NCBI RefSeq assembly: GCF_963676685.1
Contig: NC_092356.1
Span: forward strand, 32,798,001-32,862,000
DNA: 64,000 bases
Origin: Mytilus edulis
Taxonomy: Eukaryota
Direction of reading: 5' to 3'
Numbering within the stretch: position 1 is the first letter of the stretch; every line of letters begins with the position of its first letter. The notes under the pieces are model-generated. The model was not told where the DNA came from. It saw nothing but the letters and a program-made list of their open reading frames with translations, and searched no databases. A program made the translations under genes and the position numbers. Below are positions 1-12,952 of this stretch, piece after piece.

Positions 1-949
1 AAAAAAATTCAATATAGAATATTTCTTACCTGATTAAACAAAATATGTAATACAAAATATACATGTGCTACTTTTTTTAGCAAAATGAGGTCGAAATTTT
101 GCATATTTGCTCAAAATTCGGATTTGTGGCCGTATTTTCACTTTCGAAAGAACGACATAACTTTTTTGTTTTAAAAGATAAACACAAATTGATTTTTGTT
201 AAATAGTTTGTAATTTCTGTATTTTATAAGTATTTTAAAAATTTATTCAGAAATAACTCGTATTTATCAAATGTTCATGAATGTAGAAAAACACATTATT
301 TCTGCTGTATTTTTATCAAATTTAAAAAAAACTATTTAAGTTTTCATGAAAATTGCCACACATAATCTTCTCGCGTAATCAAACCAAATGGCATTTTGAA
401 AAAGAGGGGTCCATGATCTCGTTTTCAAGTTAAATAAGTTTGAATGATAAAAATCAGTCGAAAACTGAATCTTTTCCCGATAAGTAATAGTTTGACGTCG
501 CGAAAATAACAATTTACGTTAGCAACGTCATTACCTCCCCTGTAACTGTATCGTATGCCCTTGAGATATCAAGTTAGTACAATTTTCACGAAGAAATGTT
601 TTTGGTATGCACCTTAAAGACCTTACATAAACATCACAGTGATTAATATCTGTACACATTTAGCTTACTGTTCGGTGTGAGACAAGGCTCCGTGTTGCAG
701 ACCTTACTTTGACCTATAATAGTTTACTTTTACAAATTGTGACCAAAAACAAAATAGACTTGCGCGCAAAGTAGTATTTATTGACACAAAGTATGAATAA
801 TTTGGCATTATTAAAGCTACCTCGGGTTTAATTAAGTGTGTGTTTAAATCAAAATATTGTTCTCATCTATGGAAAAATGTCCTGAGCAGGACAAAATAAT
901 TGTGTAATTTTGTTTGTATGTAGACATATGTCATATCTGAAATTCATAA

Positions 950-2130
950 AATTGGATACGGAACTTCCTTTCCAAAAATTGTCCGTCTAAAAATTGAAAA
1001 GTTTAATGAAACCAAGTTTTCAACTCCAGCAGGGAAAGTTGGCCTTAAATTGATTTGGCTATATAAGTAGTCCACAGTCATTGTGAGGATATTTCGTTTA
1101 ACAAATGTGTCCGATGATCCGGTCTGCAAACAGACAGTGCTGATATGGTTAAAGAATACCATCGGGGTTAAATGAAGTTTTGGCTTATATCTCTGAATTT
1201 AAAGCAATTAAAATAAATATGATACGTGTTAAAATGTTTATCAACTTTCAGAAATAATCAGACAATCCGTTGTTGGGTTACTGTTCCTTAATTGATATTT
1301 TAAAGACATTTGGCAGTTTTTTGTTATTATCTTAGTTATCATTATAGATAGATATAACATGTAAACAGCAATAATGTTTAGCGAAGTCAGAATTACCATA
1401 ATTGTTAATTAAACACTTAAGGTATTTTTACAATATCTTTACAATTTTTTGTTATATTTTACAAAAATCTTCCCCTCTGAGATTAGATATACAAATTTGA
1501 CCAAACTTGGCCATAATCGTCATTTTGGGTAATAAGGTTAAAAAATGTGTCCGATAATCCCGCTTGCAAACTCACATGGGCAACATGGCTACACATACAT
1601 GTAAGACATAAGGGTAAAATTCAGTTATGTTGCAAACATCTCTAAAGCTAAAGCATTTTGAGCAAATCTGACCGAGGAAAATTTTCATCAGGTATATTCT
1701 ATCTGCCCTGAAATTTTAAGATGAATCAGACAACCTGTTGGTTGGTTGTTGTCCCTGAACTGGCAATTTTATGGACGTTTTGCATTTTTTTGGTTATTAA
1801 CGAGAATATAACTATATATACAGATAAATTGTAAACATCAATAATGTTCAGCAAAGTACCTTCTACAAATAGGACAACATGGCCAATATTGTCTATTTAC
1901 CCATTTTGTAGTAGATTTTTCGTAAACTTTTAATCTTTTACAAATCTTTTTTCAAATAAATCTACTGAGATAAATAGAACTAAACTTAGACACATATTCC
2001 CAAAAAGTACCTTGATTAAGAAATGTATACGACGAATCTGTCATCCATTAAAGACTAAAATAAGGTGACTGCTTTTAATTTAACTACTGGGACATGTTTA
2101 ACCAAAATTGGCCGCAATCATTATGAGGAT
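950..2130 (+). repeat. Degenerate tandem ~440-480 bp units of an interspersed repeat (possibly Helentron/HINE-related)
   Basis: AATGTGTCCGAT.ATCC...TGCAAAC at about 1104 and 1545, with a weaker copy at 2022. CAGACAA.C.GTTG and AAACA.CAATAATGTT.AGC.AAGT blocks are also duplicated. The family assignment is from recollection only. Confidence 0.55.
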
Positions 2131-4443
2131 ATTTACACAGATTACTACTTATAATGATTTAAACCTTGTTTTACATGATTTTCAAAAACACAGTAAATAC
2201 GCAGGCTCCTGAGAGACTCAGGATATGTTGTTTCGCAATGCCTCCATTAAACATTTTGCAGGGTTTGAATATAGTGTGCTTATATATTTCTTTAATTAAT
2301 CGTGTAGTGGAAGGATGAAATACATTTAGGTGTGGTTGATTGCTAGTTTTTGACTGATGAGTTCAAATGTTTCTCTTTGGTGTCTTCCGACTAAAGCTCC
2401 TAACTGAATTAACTAATTGACAATAAATGCTGGACTCATCTTCTTCGTGTACCTGATATACATATTAGTAGTTAAATGTAAAAAGTGATTTGGAGAGTCA
2501 AAATCTGATGACAAAGCAAAACAAGAAAACTAAGCTGATATGTAGTAATGGAGTACTTTATACCAGCCAGCAATTCTTTGTGGATTCAAATTACTATCGT
2601 GCGTTCTCACAGTGTATGGTCAAATTAGCTTATCATCATTTTAATTCTTCTCGTGTTATAGCTATCTTTTATTATCTGACAGTTTACAATAACAAGGGAG
2701 TGTGTCGTGTTGATGCAAACGTACGCAGACGTCATATTTTGAGCGTTATCTAAAAAACAAAGGAGTTTGTGGTATTGTTTGCAACTCTTCTGATAAGTTT
2801 GTCCTTCCAAATAGGACGGAAGTTTGGAATGGCAAATTATAGGGGTCTAAAATCTTGTACACTTTTTGATTCAAGTAAACAAATTGCTCAGCCAAGTAAA
2901 GTCTTTGGAATTGATATTTTCAGCTAATTCAGTCTATCCGTTTTTCAGATATTTAAGTAAAACATCAGCAGAAGAGCATAACTTTTGATAATCGTGCGAG
3001 GTATGTCCCATGTTTTTACTCGTAGTCAATATCGAAGATTTGTAACTTGGTGGAATATGTAAGCTTAAAATCTAAGTAAACAAATGGTCACAAAGTGTGT
3101 TTTTTTTTACATTTTATAGAGAGAGTAAAAATCTCATTCCGTTCTACATTTTTAAATATCTAAGGTATTGATGTTAACTATAACAGATTTGCATGTTTTT
3201 GTACAACAACAAAGAACAATCAAGATGAATGATTTTTTTTATATTAAATTCGATTTTGGTTTAGAATGTCCTTCACAAATTATTTAATGAATGTTAGAGA
3301 TATGCAAAACTTTTTTGTTCAAAATTGATTTTTTTATATTTAAAATGACGACATAAAATAATGTCCAGATTTAATTGCCGTGCTGGTGAAAGAATACAAA
3401 GGGCATTAGCCATACATGTGTATATCAAATAAAAGAGTTGTTTCAATTATCTCATTTATTCAACAGCTATTGGAAAACTATTGCATGAATAAATTCAATA
3501 CTAAATACATAAAAAAAAATATACATTAAATGATAAGATAACGTACAATTATTGTACATGACTCCACAACAATAGTATATAATATATGCAATGCTTTTTT
3601 TAATTTTAATTTAAACACAGTTTTATTAGACGGATAGATACAAATGTATATACCTAACAGTATGCCTGATAAACCTAACACATTAACTTATACGGGGAAA
3701 CTATGTACTAGAAAATCAAAAATAAAATCAATTCAAATCTTTAATTAAAGAACTAAATGCAATTCACGACTGCCGACAAAATTGGCTGACTAGATCTAAA
3801 TAAAACACATATGGAAGTGTTTATACATTGTGAGAAAAAGAAATTTAAACTAATTTTTGGATTCGAGCGTCACTGCTGAGTCTTTTGTATACGAAACGCG
3901 CGTCTGGCGTATATACAAAATTTAGTACTGGTATCTATGATGAGTTTATTTCCACAGTAGATACAGTTCTGTCTGCTTACATGAAAAAAAATAAATTAAC
4001 GGCAAACCCTCTGTTGTCTTTAAAAAAAGAACCCTGCGATAGTGCTATTAAAAAGACAAGTTCAGGTGAGTAAGTCACTAAATGTTCTTCTTACACGATA
4101 ACGCTGTCAAAATAGTAGTTTAGCAAGCTTATTAAACTGAACTTGATAGTGCCATCGAAAAAAAAATAATTATAAAAGTCAGTAGTTATTACCTTGTAAA
4201 CATCAAAGGAATGCTGATCCAATTCCATCATCAAATGGAGTCCTCCTTCCTTGGCTGTTTCGGCGCTATTCCACAACAACCTCCAGAGGTGCGCCGGCTC
4301 AGGTGATCAATCTGAACCTGGAACTGGATGGCCTACACGGCTCCGATGTCTCAGCTGATGTCATTGCTGTTCTTCTGTAACTGAATGCTGTTCTGTATAT
4401 CTATATCTGTCCATTATCTACACAATAACTATTCATTGTTCTA

Positions 4444-5205
4444 TCACTTTGCACTTTTCCACACTTCGTCTATTTTCCTCCAAATCCACTGTGATGCCAC
4501 TTCTGCTTCTCTACACACTTCTGTAATCAGTTTCTTCCTCTCTGTTCCTACCACTCACAAGGTCCTAAGTGCCCGCCTAATTGACTGTCCTGCAAATCCC
4601 CTGCATCCGACTTCTATTGCCATACACCACGTCCTCCATCACCGCTGTTTGCAATCCTCTACTAGCTGCTGGTATTTTGCCTTCTTTCTTTCATAAGCTT
4701 CCTCTATTCTGTCTTCCCATGTGACTGTTAGTTCCAGCAATACCGCCTGCCTAGTTCCCTGTGACCAAATGACTATATCTGGTCTTAGCGATGTTGCTGC
4801 TATTTCTGCTGGGAAACTCATGCGTTGATGTATGTCTGCTGTCATCTGCCAGTCTGATGCTGTTCCAAGTATCCCTAAACATTCCGCCTGGTTGTCTTTC
4901 TTTTCTCCAGCCCTCACAAAATTTACAAACATGATGTTCTTCTGCATCTTTCTCTTCTTTCTCCTGGTGGTATCCAACTTTGCTTCTATTCTTTTCAATA
5001 CACTGTCATGCCTCCATGTATATCTTCCATCTTTCAGTGCGACTGGACATGCTGACAACACATGCTGTAGAGATGCTGGTTTGTCTTTGCATAAGGTGCA
5101 TGTTGGGTCTTCTATCAACCCCCAGGTATAGAGGTTTGATGGACTTGGTAAAACATCATACACTGATCTTAGGAGAAAACTCAATCTGTATCCTCCATAC
5201 TCCAA
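4444..5205 (-). pseudogene. CCHC zinc knuckle plus restriction-like endonuclease of the HERO-like element
   Basis: CTLC-HVLSAC, WRHD, RPDIVIW, LLELTVTWE, KKAKY. The same frame continues past TGA stops to IEVGCRGF...WIWRK. Confidence 0.9.
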
Positions 5206-5568
5206 ATCTCGCTCTAGGTCAAAGTCCTGCTTCTAGCTTATTGCCCATTCAACCAACTACCCTGCTGTTTCATTTCTACTGCCTTAACTTTCCTACTCTC
5301 TTCTTCCATCTGTCGTATTTCCTGTTGAACCAGTTCCCTCCGTCCCTTCTCATTTGCTGTATCCCACCTTGGTTTTGTTGTCATACCAAATCCCTGTCTA
5401 CTAACTGCTGTTACACCAACGATGACACTGTGCTTTAGTCTGGTCTCAGCTTCCGTAACTGCTTCCTTTGCTTTCCATTTTCTTCCTGTCCTGATCTTTA
5501 CGTTGGCTCCTCTCACTTTAGCATCTTTGCTGTCTCTCAACGTCATAACCTGTCTTGTCTTTGTAACT

Positions 5569-6720
5569 TTATACTCTTCTGTCAATGCCTTCATTGGTGC
5601 TGTACAATCCAATGCTGCTGAAACTTCTTGGCACATCCAACCATCTTCTTAGGCATGCACTGATCTTTCTCTCTAAGGCCTCCACTTTGGACAACGGGAA
5701 TTTGTAAACTAGTAATAGGCACAGTATTCTTGGTAAGACCCCATGTTGATATATCCAGGCCTTATATCTTCCTGGGAGCCCACTTTTGTCTATCTTCGTC
5801 AGCCATTCTACCAATTGCACTTGAACTTCACCCATGTTTACCATATCTGCTAGTGTTGCATCAAACTTTTTACCTAGGCATTTCACTGGTTTCTCTCCAA
5901 CTGTTGGTATCTTTTCACCTGCTAACTCAAATGTCTCATCTTGCACTTTGCCTTTCCCCACTATCAAACTTCTAGATTTACTTGGTTTGAACTTCATTCT
6001 GGCCCACTTAATCATCCTTTCCAATTCCTCTAAAGTCCATCTTCCCTCTATGACTGTTTTTGCTGTCACTGTCATATCATCCATAAAAGCTCTTACTGGT
6101 GGTTGCCTGACCCCTGATGACAATAATGGTCCTCTACTTGGTTTTTCTTCTGATTTTACAATTAAGTTCATTGCTGCTGCAAACAGGACTACTGATACTG
6201 TACACCCCGTTAATATTCCAACTTCAAGTCTCTGCCAAGCTGTGGTGAAGTCTCCAGCTGTGAACCTCATTTCAATCTTGTCAAAATACTTTCGCAGCAT
6301 AGTTCTGATAGTTGGTGGAACATGATACCTCTCCAATGTCAGGTCTACTAGATTGTGAGGTATGGACCCATAAGCATTAGCCAGATCTAGCCAAAACACT
6401 GCTAAGTCACTTTTCTTCTCCTTTGCTTCTCTTAAAATCTGTGTCATAACGCTGGTGTGTTCGATGCAACCAGATACTTCAGGCATGCCTCCTTTCTGGA
6501 CTTCGATGTCTATATATTCGTTGCCAAACAGGTACCTCGTCGTTCTCCTTGCTAAAACTGCCAGGAATATCTTCCCCTCAATGTTCGATAGGGAGATGGT
6601 TCTAAACTGTTCAACTTTCCTTGAGTTCTCTTCTTTTGGTATAAAACATTCTTCTGCCTTGTACCAAGACTCTTTCATCTTTCTCCTTCTCCAATGCAAA
6701 TTACTTTTAATAGCTTCCAC
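5569..6720 (-). pseudogene. Reverse transcriptase domain of the HERO-like element (frameshifted)
   Basis: RT motifs FIPKEE, FRTISL, QKGG, DLANAYGS, G..TGC..S, FMDD, F.PSKS, KCLG. Confidence 0.93.
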
Positions 6721-9055
6721 AACATTCTGATCAGTCTGGGACAGTTCTTATATACCCTATATGAAATACCATTTGGTCCTGGAGCTGACCCTGCTCTTGC
6801 CTTTCGCACTACGTCCTGCACTTCTTGGAACTTCAGGTCTGACTCATCAAACTGTTCTTTTGGCTCCTCTGGTGTTAACAATTTCTCACACTCTTCCAGG
6901 TCTTCTCCTCGTCTCTCATCGCTGTGGGTCTTAATGAGATGTTCTTCCACTTCTTCCCTCGAGTTTTCCAGTTTACCAGATCCTCTCACTCCAAATAATC
7001 GCTTCATATACTGAAATGGGTTTGCTGTAAATGTTGCTCTCTCCTTTGCCTTTTTCTTTCTATCTCTTCTATGAGTTTCTGCTCTTGTAAGTGTCTTAAG
7101 TTTCTCCCTAGTTTCCTTTCTTACATGCTGTAATGGTAACCTTTCATTCTCATTGGCGACTTTGTATCTCTTCTTTAACCTTCTCAAGTCTCCTCTCAAT
7201 TCCTTGATCTTCTTCTGTCTCCGGTTACTATGGCCTTCTTTTGTTGGTTGTTTCCCTTGTGGTACCACTCCAAATCTATCCTTTCCTACACTGTAAATAA
7301 TGGACGTCATTTGTGTTATCTTTCTGTCTACACTGCCTGCTAATGTTGCCTCTAAGATGTTTTCCAAATCTTCGTCAAGAGCTTTCCAAGCTGCTTTGTC
7401 TGCATTCGTTGGCCATTTGATCTTCTCTTTGCGTGGCTCATTCTCTTCTCTACGGGTTGTTGGCTCTATCCTGTCTCTCTACGGACTGTTGTTTCTATCC
7501 CGTCTTCTCTATGGACTGTTGGTTCTATCCTCTCTATCTCTTCTGCCTCGTCAAGTTGTTCTACCTCTGTAGGCTGTTCCTCGTGCTCATCCTCACCCTG
7601 GGTCATAGGGAGGCTATCATCACTGTGGTTTGTTTCCTGGATGGTCTCCTCTTCCGTCTGACCAGATCTCTCTGTGCGTTGATTGACAGAATGGGGTTGC
7701 ACACATTTCATTCTGCTTTGATGGATCTTCAAACCTCTAGAATTCTTACAGACTTTACCACAAAAACATTTACATCCGTTGTTCTGGTTCGTTGTCCTTG
7801 TCTGTTCCATAGTCGTTTCCTGATCCTGTCCTATGGGCTGTTCATCCTCCCTCGCTCTCGCACAGCCCCGAGGGTGTCTTAGTATATATCGTTCCATAGC
7901 GTGTAAAATGGGTTCCCCTTCACAGGAGATGCACTTTGATTTGCCAAGCCTAATGCCCCGGTTACCAGTCTCTCCTGGCTGTTATATTTTCTTCTTATTC
8001 AAGAACACTGTCAAGATTGTAATTTAGTACGCTTCTAAAACTGAATATGATAGTGCCATCGGAAAAGGCAAGTTCATGAAAGTCAATGAATATATAAAAT
8101 AGTTTCTTTTTACAAAAGAACGCTGTCAAGATTATAATTAAACACGCTCTAAAATGAATGTGCTATTAAAAAAGACAAGTTGATGAAAGTCGGTAATTAT
8201 ATTTACTTTTTACACAAAAACGCTGTCAAGATTGTCATTTAACACGCTTCTTAAACTGAACGGGAATTGTATTTAGTTGTACATGTACTTATCTTTAAAT
8301 AAGCAACCAGTAACTGTGTGTACACTTATATCGTTCTTTTGTGTTTATTTTATGTTAGTTGTCTTTGTGTCTCGTACCGATATTTTGAGTTACACCAATG
8401 TAAAATATATGTGTATGTTATGCTGTTACACCAGTGTCAAGGTTAGTGGTAGGTTTGCCTACGCACACCCATATTTAATCACGACACTATCTTTATTTTC
8501 CTGCTAATGTTTTTTTCATTGGTTGTCGTTGTTTTATGTCTGTCATATTCTTGATATTCGTTTTTTGTAAACTGTTTTTTTTTATAAATTAGGTCCGAGC
8601 TTTTCGTTGCCTAGGGGTTCAACAAATCCAGATGAAATAAAAAGAAAAGGAATATATCAATGATATGTTATGAGAACATAAATGTGCTTTCTAATGGACT
8701 GGGTTACGTTCAATATTGTTGAAAATATATATAGTGTGTTTATTTACGTTTTTTGATTGAGTTAAGCCCTCCGATTGATATTTTATCGTGTGTTTTTTCT
8801 ATGTTGTGATGTTATACTATTGTTTCAGAAAAGGAAGAAGGTTTTGTACCATTAAAACGTTTTATTCCGCTGCAAATGTTTGCACCTGTCCTAAGTCAGG
8901 AATCTGATGTACAGTAGTTGTCGTTTGTTTATGTAATTTATACTTGTTTCTCGTTTCTCTTTTTTATATAGTTTAGACCGTTGGTTTTCCCGTTTGAATG
9001 GTTTTACACTAGTAAGTTTGGGGCACTTTATAGCTTGTTATTCGGTGTGAGCCAA

Positions 9056-12000
9056 TAGTCCGGCCGATCGGTGAAAAAATTGCTCAAATAATGAGGAAAG
9101 CACCAATTTTTGCATGATGGTACATTTTTGTGTACTGAGCAATATTAGCTATGGACCCATCCTCAAAATTCAATATGGCGGCCTATTTCAAGATGGCTGC
9201 CGTACGTTCTAAAATATTTTCCAGTATTGCACAAACCACAGTGGATTTGGTGCTGGGTGCACAAAAATCAACATATTTGAATGACTTGGTGTACTTAGCA
9301 AGATTTTGTTTTGTTCTATCTTTGAAATACAAAATGGCGGCTATTTTCAAAATGGCCGCCTTGAAAAATAAGCAAATATTCATTATTGAGAATTGACCTG
9401 AATATAAGCATTTTATTGATGTATAGTGTCATTTGGTATCTGTCCCAGTTCTATCCTTTCTGATTTTGCCTTGCTTGTCATTCCATACACAAAGTAGTAG
9501 CTTTCATAAAAAGCTGCAGTAGTAGCTTTCATTAAAAGCTGCACTATTTGTTGTCTTGGGTCACACATAAAAGCTGTAATTTGGGATTTATCTGCCTTAA
9601 GATATTATTCAGTGCCTATCTTATCTTTTGGTCGCAATATTTTGCAATTTGAGACATTAAACTGAATTGAGAATCAGTTAAACACATATCAGTGAAATGG
9701 CAGGAATTGAGGACAACAAGGACAAGAACATTGAAATGGAAGAAACTAAATCACTTGGTGATATTGAGAAACCCACAGCTGAAGACGCTTTAACAGAGGA
9801 CAGCTCAGAAATGACTATTAAACAATTGTACCAAGAATATTTAACAGATAGAAAATCAAATGCTAAAAGAACAGTTGATATTTACCGCAATATAAAACAG
9901 AGCGAAGTGCGAATATATAAAATATGTGTTGGTCTCATTACGTTTCAAGCTGAACAGAAAGTGGCAATGAATATCAATAACAAACAGGTGAAAGCAATAT
10001 CTCAGCAACTTCAGCAGTCTGAAGACAGGATAGACCACAAGGCTAGTAATAATTGCTTGGCGGAAGTGATGGTCAGACCAATAAGATAGTCAATGTTGTG
10101 GTGAGACGAATGGACAAGCTGACAACAACTGAGGAAGGAGACGCAGTTCTATTTCAAAGTGCATTTGAACAGCAGGGTACCTTCCAACAACTGGCATCTG
10201 TTGTGAATGAATCAGTGGACAATCGAAATAAAGAAGTTAATATTTACTGCAATGGACACATCATCTAAGCCAAAATTTGACCTTAGCCAGTACAACGCAA
10301 GTTTACCAAAAGTACACATCAAAATCCATGCCGTGGGTCTTTCCACAATTGTAGTTCGCATGAACCATAAACCGTGCCAACTCTGTTGAAGGTGTCTTCG
10401 CCTTAAGTCAAAAGTCCTATGTCAGGGCCCTTGGCCCTGCATGAGACAGTTCAAATTATTCAACAACAATCTCCATTTAAGAACATACTATAAACCTCTA
10501 GTACTAATCAAGGATACCAGCAAAAGGCTTATGTGTCTTCTTACGCACACTAACCATCTACTATGAGTCAATAATATTTGGTTTAGATCAGCACACCATT
10601 ACAGAAACAATTAGCTGCAAATGAATTCTATCAAGTTTCTCCAATGTTGAATGCAGTGCCTACTTACGGTATCATCCCTGTCGAGTCAATGGCAAATCCC
10701 ACATTTATCACTCCAATTATGACAACCTCGTCCGCTTCTGGAGCTCTAATATGCTTCCCATAACATCAAGTTGGCTCTATTGACCGATCCAGGAAAGGGC
10801 AGAGGAAAGAAAAAGAGTGTGACAACACCTCTTCTTCAGACTCTTCCCTGGAGAGAGAATATGCCATGTGGCAAGAAAATCATTGAGCAAGGGACCGGAG
10901 CCGAAGCCCACAGCTGCCACAAATTTAAAAACTCAATTGAAGAGGATCCATTTCTTGGGAGGCGCTCATTTACCAATTTGAACGAACTGCCGGTAGATGA
11001 CAATGGGAAATCAGGAAAAATGTGTGTAGGCCCCAGATTGCCAGGCCGATGTTGGCTTTGCGTATGCTCGCATGGTAAACACAGATGATGATTCCAAGGC
11101 CTTAAAAAGCATTCATTTGGAGCAGCGCTTCAGCAAGGAAGACGATCAAACCAGATTGCAACCAAAACATTCCGTCGAGGATGTAAAGACAAAGAATCTT
11201 CAAGGCATGTAATAGAGAGGAACCTAGAAACATTCAACAAGGCGTTTAAACACGTGAAAACCTCAAAAGCAAACCAGATGGCGATATATGGATAAAAAAG
11301 TGCCAATTATGACCATCGACCACCGTTAAACAAAATATGAGCAGTCCTTTGGATTATGAGTTGCATAACCTCACACTGGATTGGCCGATCAATATAATCT
11401 CGGTTCTTCTGATAAAATAATCATGGAAGATCACCAGTTCAATGGAAGAACACCTGATCAATATAAACGTGGAAGATCTATTGAGCAATACAATCGCGGT
11501 AAATCGGCAGATAGAAGTACATCCAAGCTTAATGCCTATCGATCAGTAACACCCCCACTAAGCTAGAGATCATATAGTCCCTAAAGACAACGGTTAGCAT
11601 CTCCACGGACAAACTCCAGAAATCCCGAATATTTCAGACAACGGTCACCTTCACCAGGATACGGAACAAATCAAAGTGTAACCTCAACAATGGAGCAAAG
11701 GGTCGGACCAGTAGGACAACACAGATTCCAAAGTCTATTGGCAATGAAACATCATCTTATCACACAATCGAACAGAGGCCCACTGCCTCGTCCAATATTG
11801 TCATCAGACGAACCATTTGAAAGAGCTTAGTAGTACGAGGTACTACACATGACCAGAATGTGAGCATGATTGTGGACTCTGCTGCAATGATAACATTAGT
11901 AAATGAGAAATTAATTCCGGTAGAAAATTGAGATTTGGAGAACGTAACGCTATGTGGTGAAGTTAACAGCTTGTTATTGAGAAGATTATAAGGAACGACT

Positions 12001-12952
12001 CTCGACATTAATAGAGTAAACATACAATGGGATGTGTGCAAAGAGCCATTAACAGACGATCGCAGTGATAAACCTGAGTAGTCCCACAATTACCATTAAC
12101 AATAAAGAGATAAATGCGTCATTTGTTAATAGTGGAAACGAGATTTTAACTCAGCTAGTTTGCATAAAACGAACCATCACAGTTCCACCAAATTCAAACA
12201 TGACTGTTACCATTAAGACTAATAAAAGTGCTGACCAGGAGTGCATTTTAGGACCATGCTCAATGAAATGATGTAAATTGGTTACGTAAGTAGTTGGAAA
12301 AGGAAATAGTTGCCCCTTAACCATTTTAAATGATGGCAATCGTCTAATCCGCCTGAAGAAAGGTACACCTATTGATTACATAGAATAATTTGTCGATGTA
12401 GTGGGTACGGCAGATGCAAACGCGATGAGTGACGTAAGACGTGGCATTGAAGAGACACGAGACAAGGTGCCTACTATTCCATCACATTTATCCGACCTAT
12501 ATTAATGTCAATCGACTCGTTTCAACCTATTTCATTCCAACCATTAAAACTGAAAGCGTTTAAAGAATGTAACATTATGATATTGGTTAACATTTTGAAT
12601 TTCACTATTTGTTTTTGTATATGCAGCTATATTTGCAACTTATGTGTTATAGAAATACCCAAATTATTTGTTTTATACTTTTGAATTAATTGATAACAAA
12701 TTCAAGAACATGAAGTCCATTTTTAAAGAATCATTACTTTAATTTCCGAAATTATATAGAATACTTTTAGGACAATCTTGAATTTTATACCGTTTTTCCG
12801 CCATCTTGAAAATGGCAGCCATATTGGATTTTTCAGAGTGGGTCCATAGCTGAAATCAAAGGATATATAACCAAGAACTACTATGCCAAGTTTCATGCTT
12901 TCCTCATCAAGTGAGCAATTCTGCTCTATATCTGCACCAATCGGCCGGACTA
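9056..12952. mobile_element. Non-autonomous Academ-like DNA transposon
   Basis: Ends TAGTCCGGCCGAT...ATCGGCCGGACTA with imperfect TIRs of about 145 bp (shared GAGGAAAGCA, GCTATGGACCCA, AATATGGC, TTCAAGATGGC). 3-bp TSD CAA (9053-55, 12953-55). It interrupts a host repeat that is intact at about 671-700 (TTCGGTGTGAGACAAGGCTC). TAG termini with a 3-bp TSD fit Academ. Confidence 0.8.
9697..12500 (+). mobile_element. Decayed Gypsy/Ty3 LTR-retrotransposon gag-protease fragment inside the Academ-like element
   Basis: Coiled-coil ORF 9697-10089; gag-like RSRSPQLP..ISWEALIYQFERTAG..QW (~10893-11010); FRRGCKDKE..KANQMAIYG (~11170-11292); aspartic-protease-like SMIVDSAAMITLV (~11863-11901); RTITVPPNS (~12171). 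Many stops. No RT, integrase or LTR is visible. Confidence 0.7.

Larger units (their letters stand above)
4190..7980 (-). mobile_element. Near full-length, decayed RLE-type non-LTR retrotransposon (HERO/NeSL/R2-group, most like HERO)
   Basis: Minus-strand ORF pieces are collinear: N-terminal zinc finger (CFCGKVCKNSRGLKIHQSRMKC, 7466-7897); RT (APGPNG, FRTISL, WLDLANAYGSIPH, GILTGCTVS, AFMDD; 5569-7367); CCHC finger CTLC..HVLSAC, RHD and restriction-like endonuclease PD...ELTV.WE (4639-5205); tail IEVGCRGF ending at about 4444. Frameshifts and stops are present. GTTAT flanks both ends (4185-4189, 7981-7985). Confidence 0.92.
4038..8261 (+). repeat. Degenerate ~100-113 bp tandem repeat split by the HERO insertion
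   Basis: Motif CTGTCAA..AAACTGAA..TGATAGTGC.AT..AAAAG.CAAGTT recurs at about 4100, 8005, 8120 and 8220, on both sides of the element. Confidence 0.7.

Noticed and set aside
2200-3060. Possible decayed membrane-protein gene
   Set aside because: The composition is slightly coding-like, but I could not read any family motif.
4215-4300. Canonical hammerhead ribozyme (GAAAC plus UGAUGA)
   Set aside because: Stem II cannot form in the required order. It is kept only as a pseudoknot candidate.
4385-7882. Plus-strand ORFs over the retrotransposon
   Set aside because: They are antisense shadows of the purine-rich retroelement ORF.
7898-7980. HDV-like ribozyme in the retrotransposon 5' UTR
   Set aside because: Short hairpins exist, but I could not build the nested double pseudoknot by eye.
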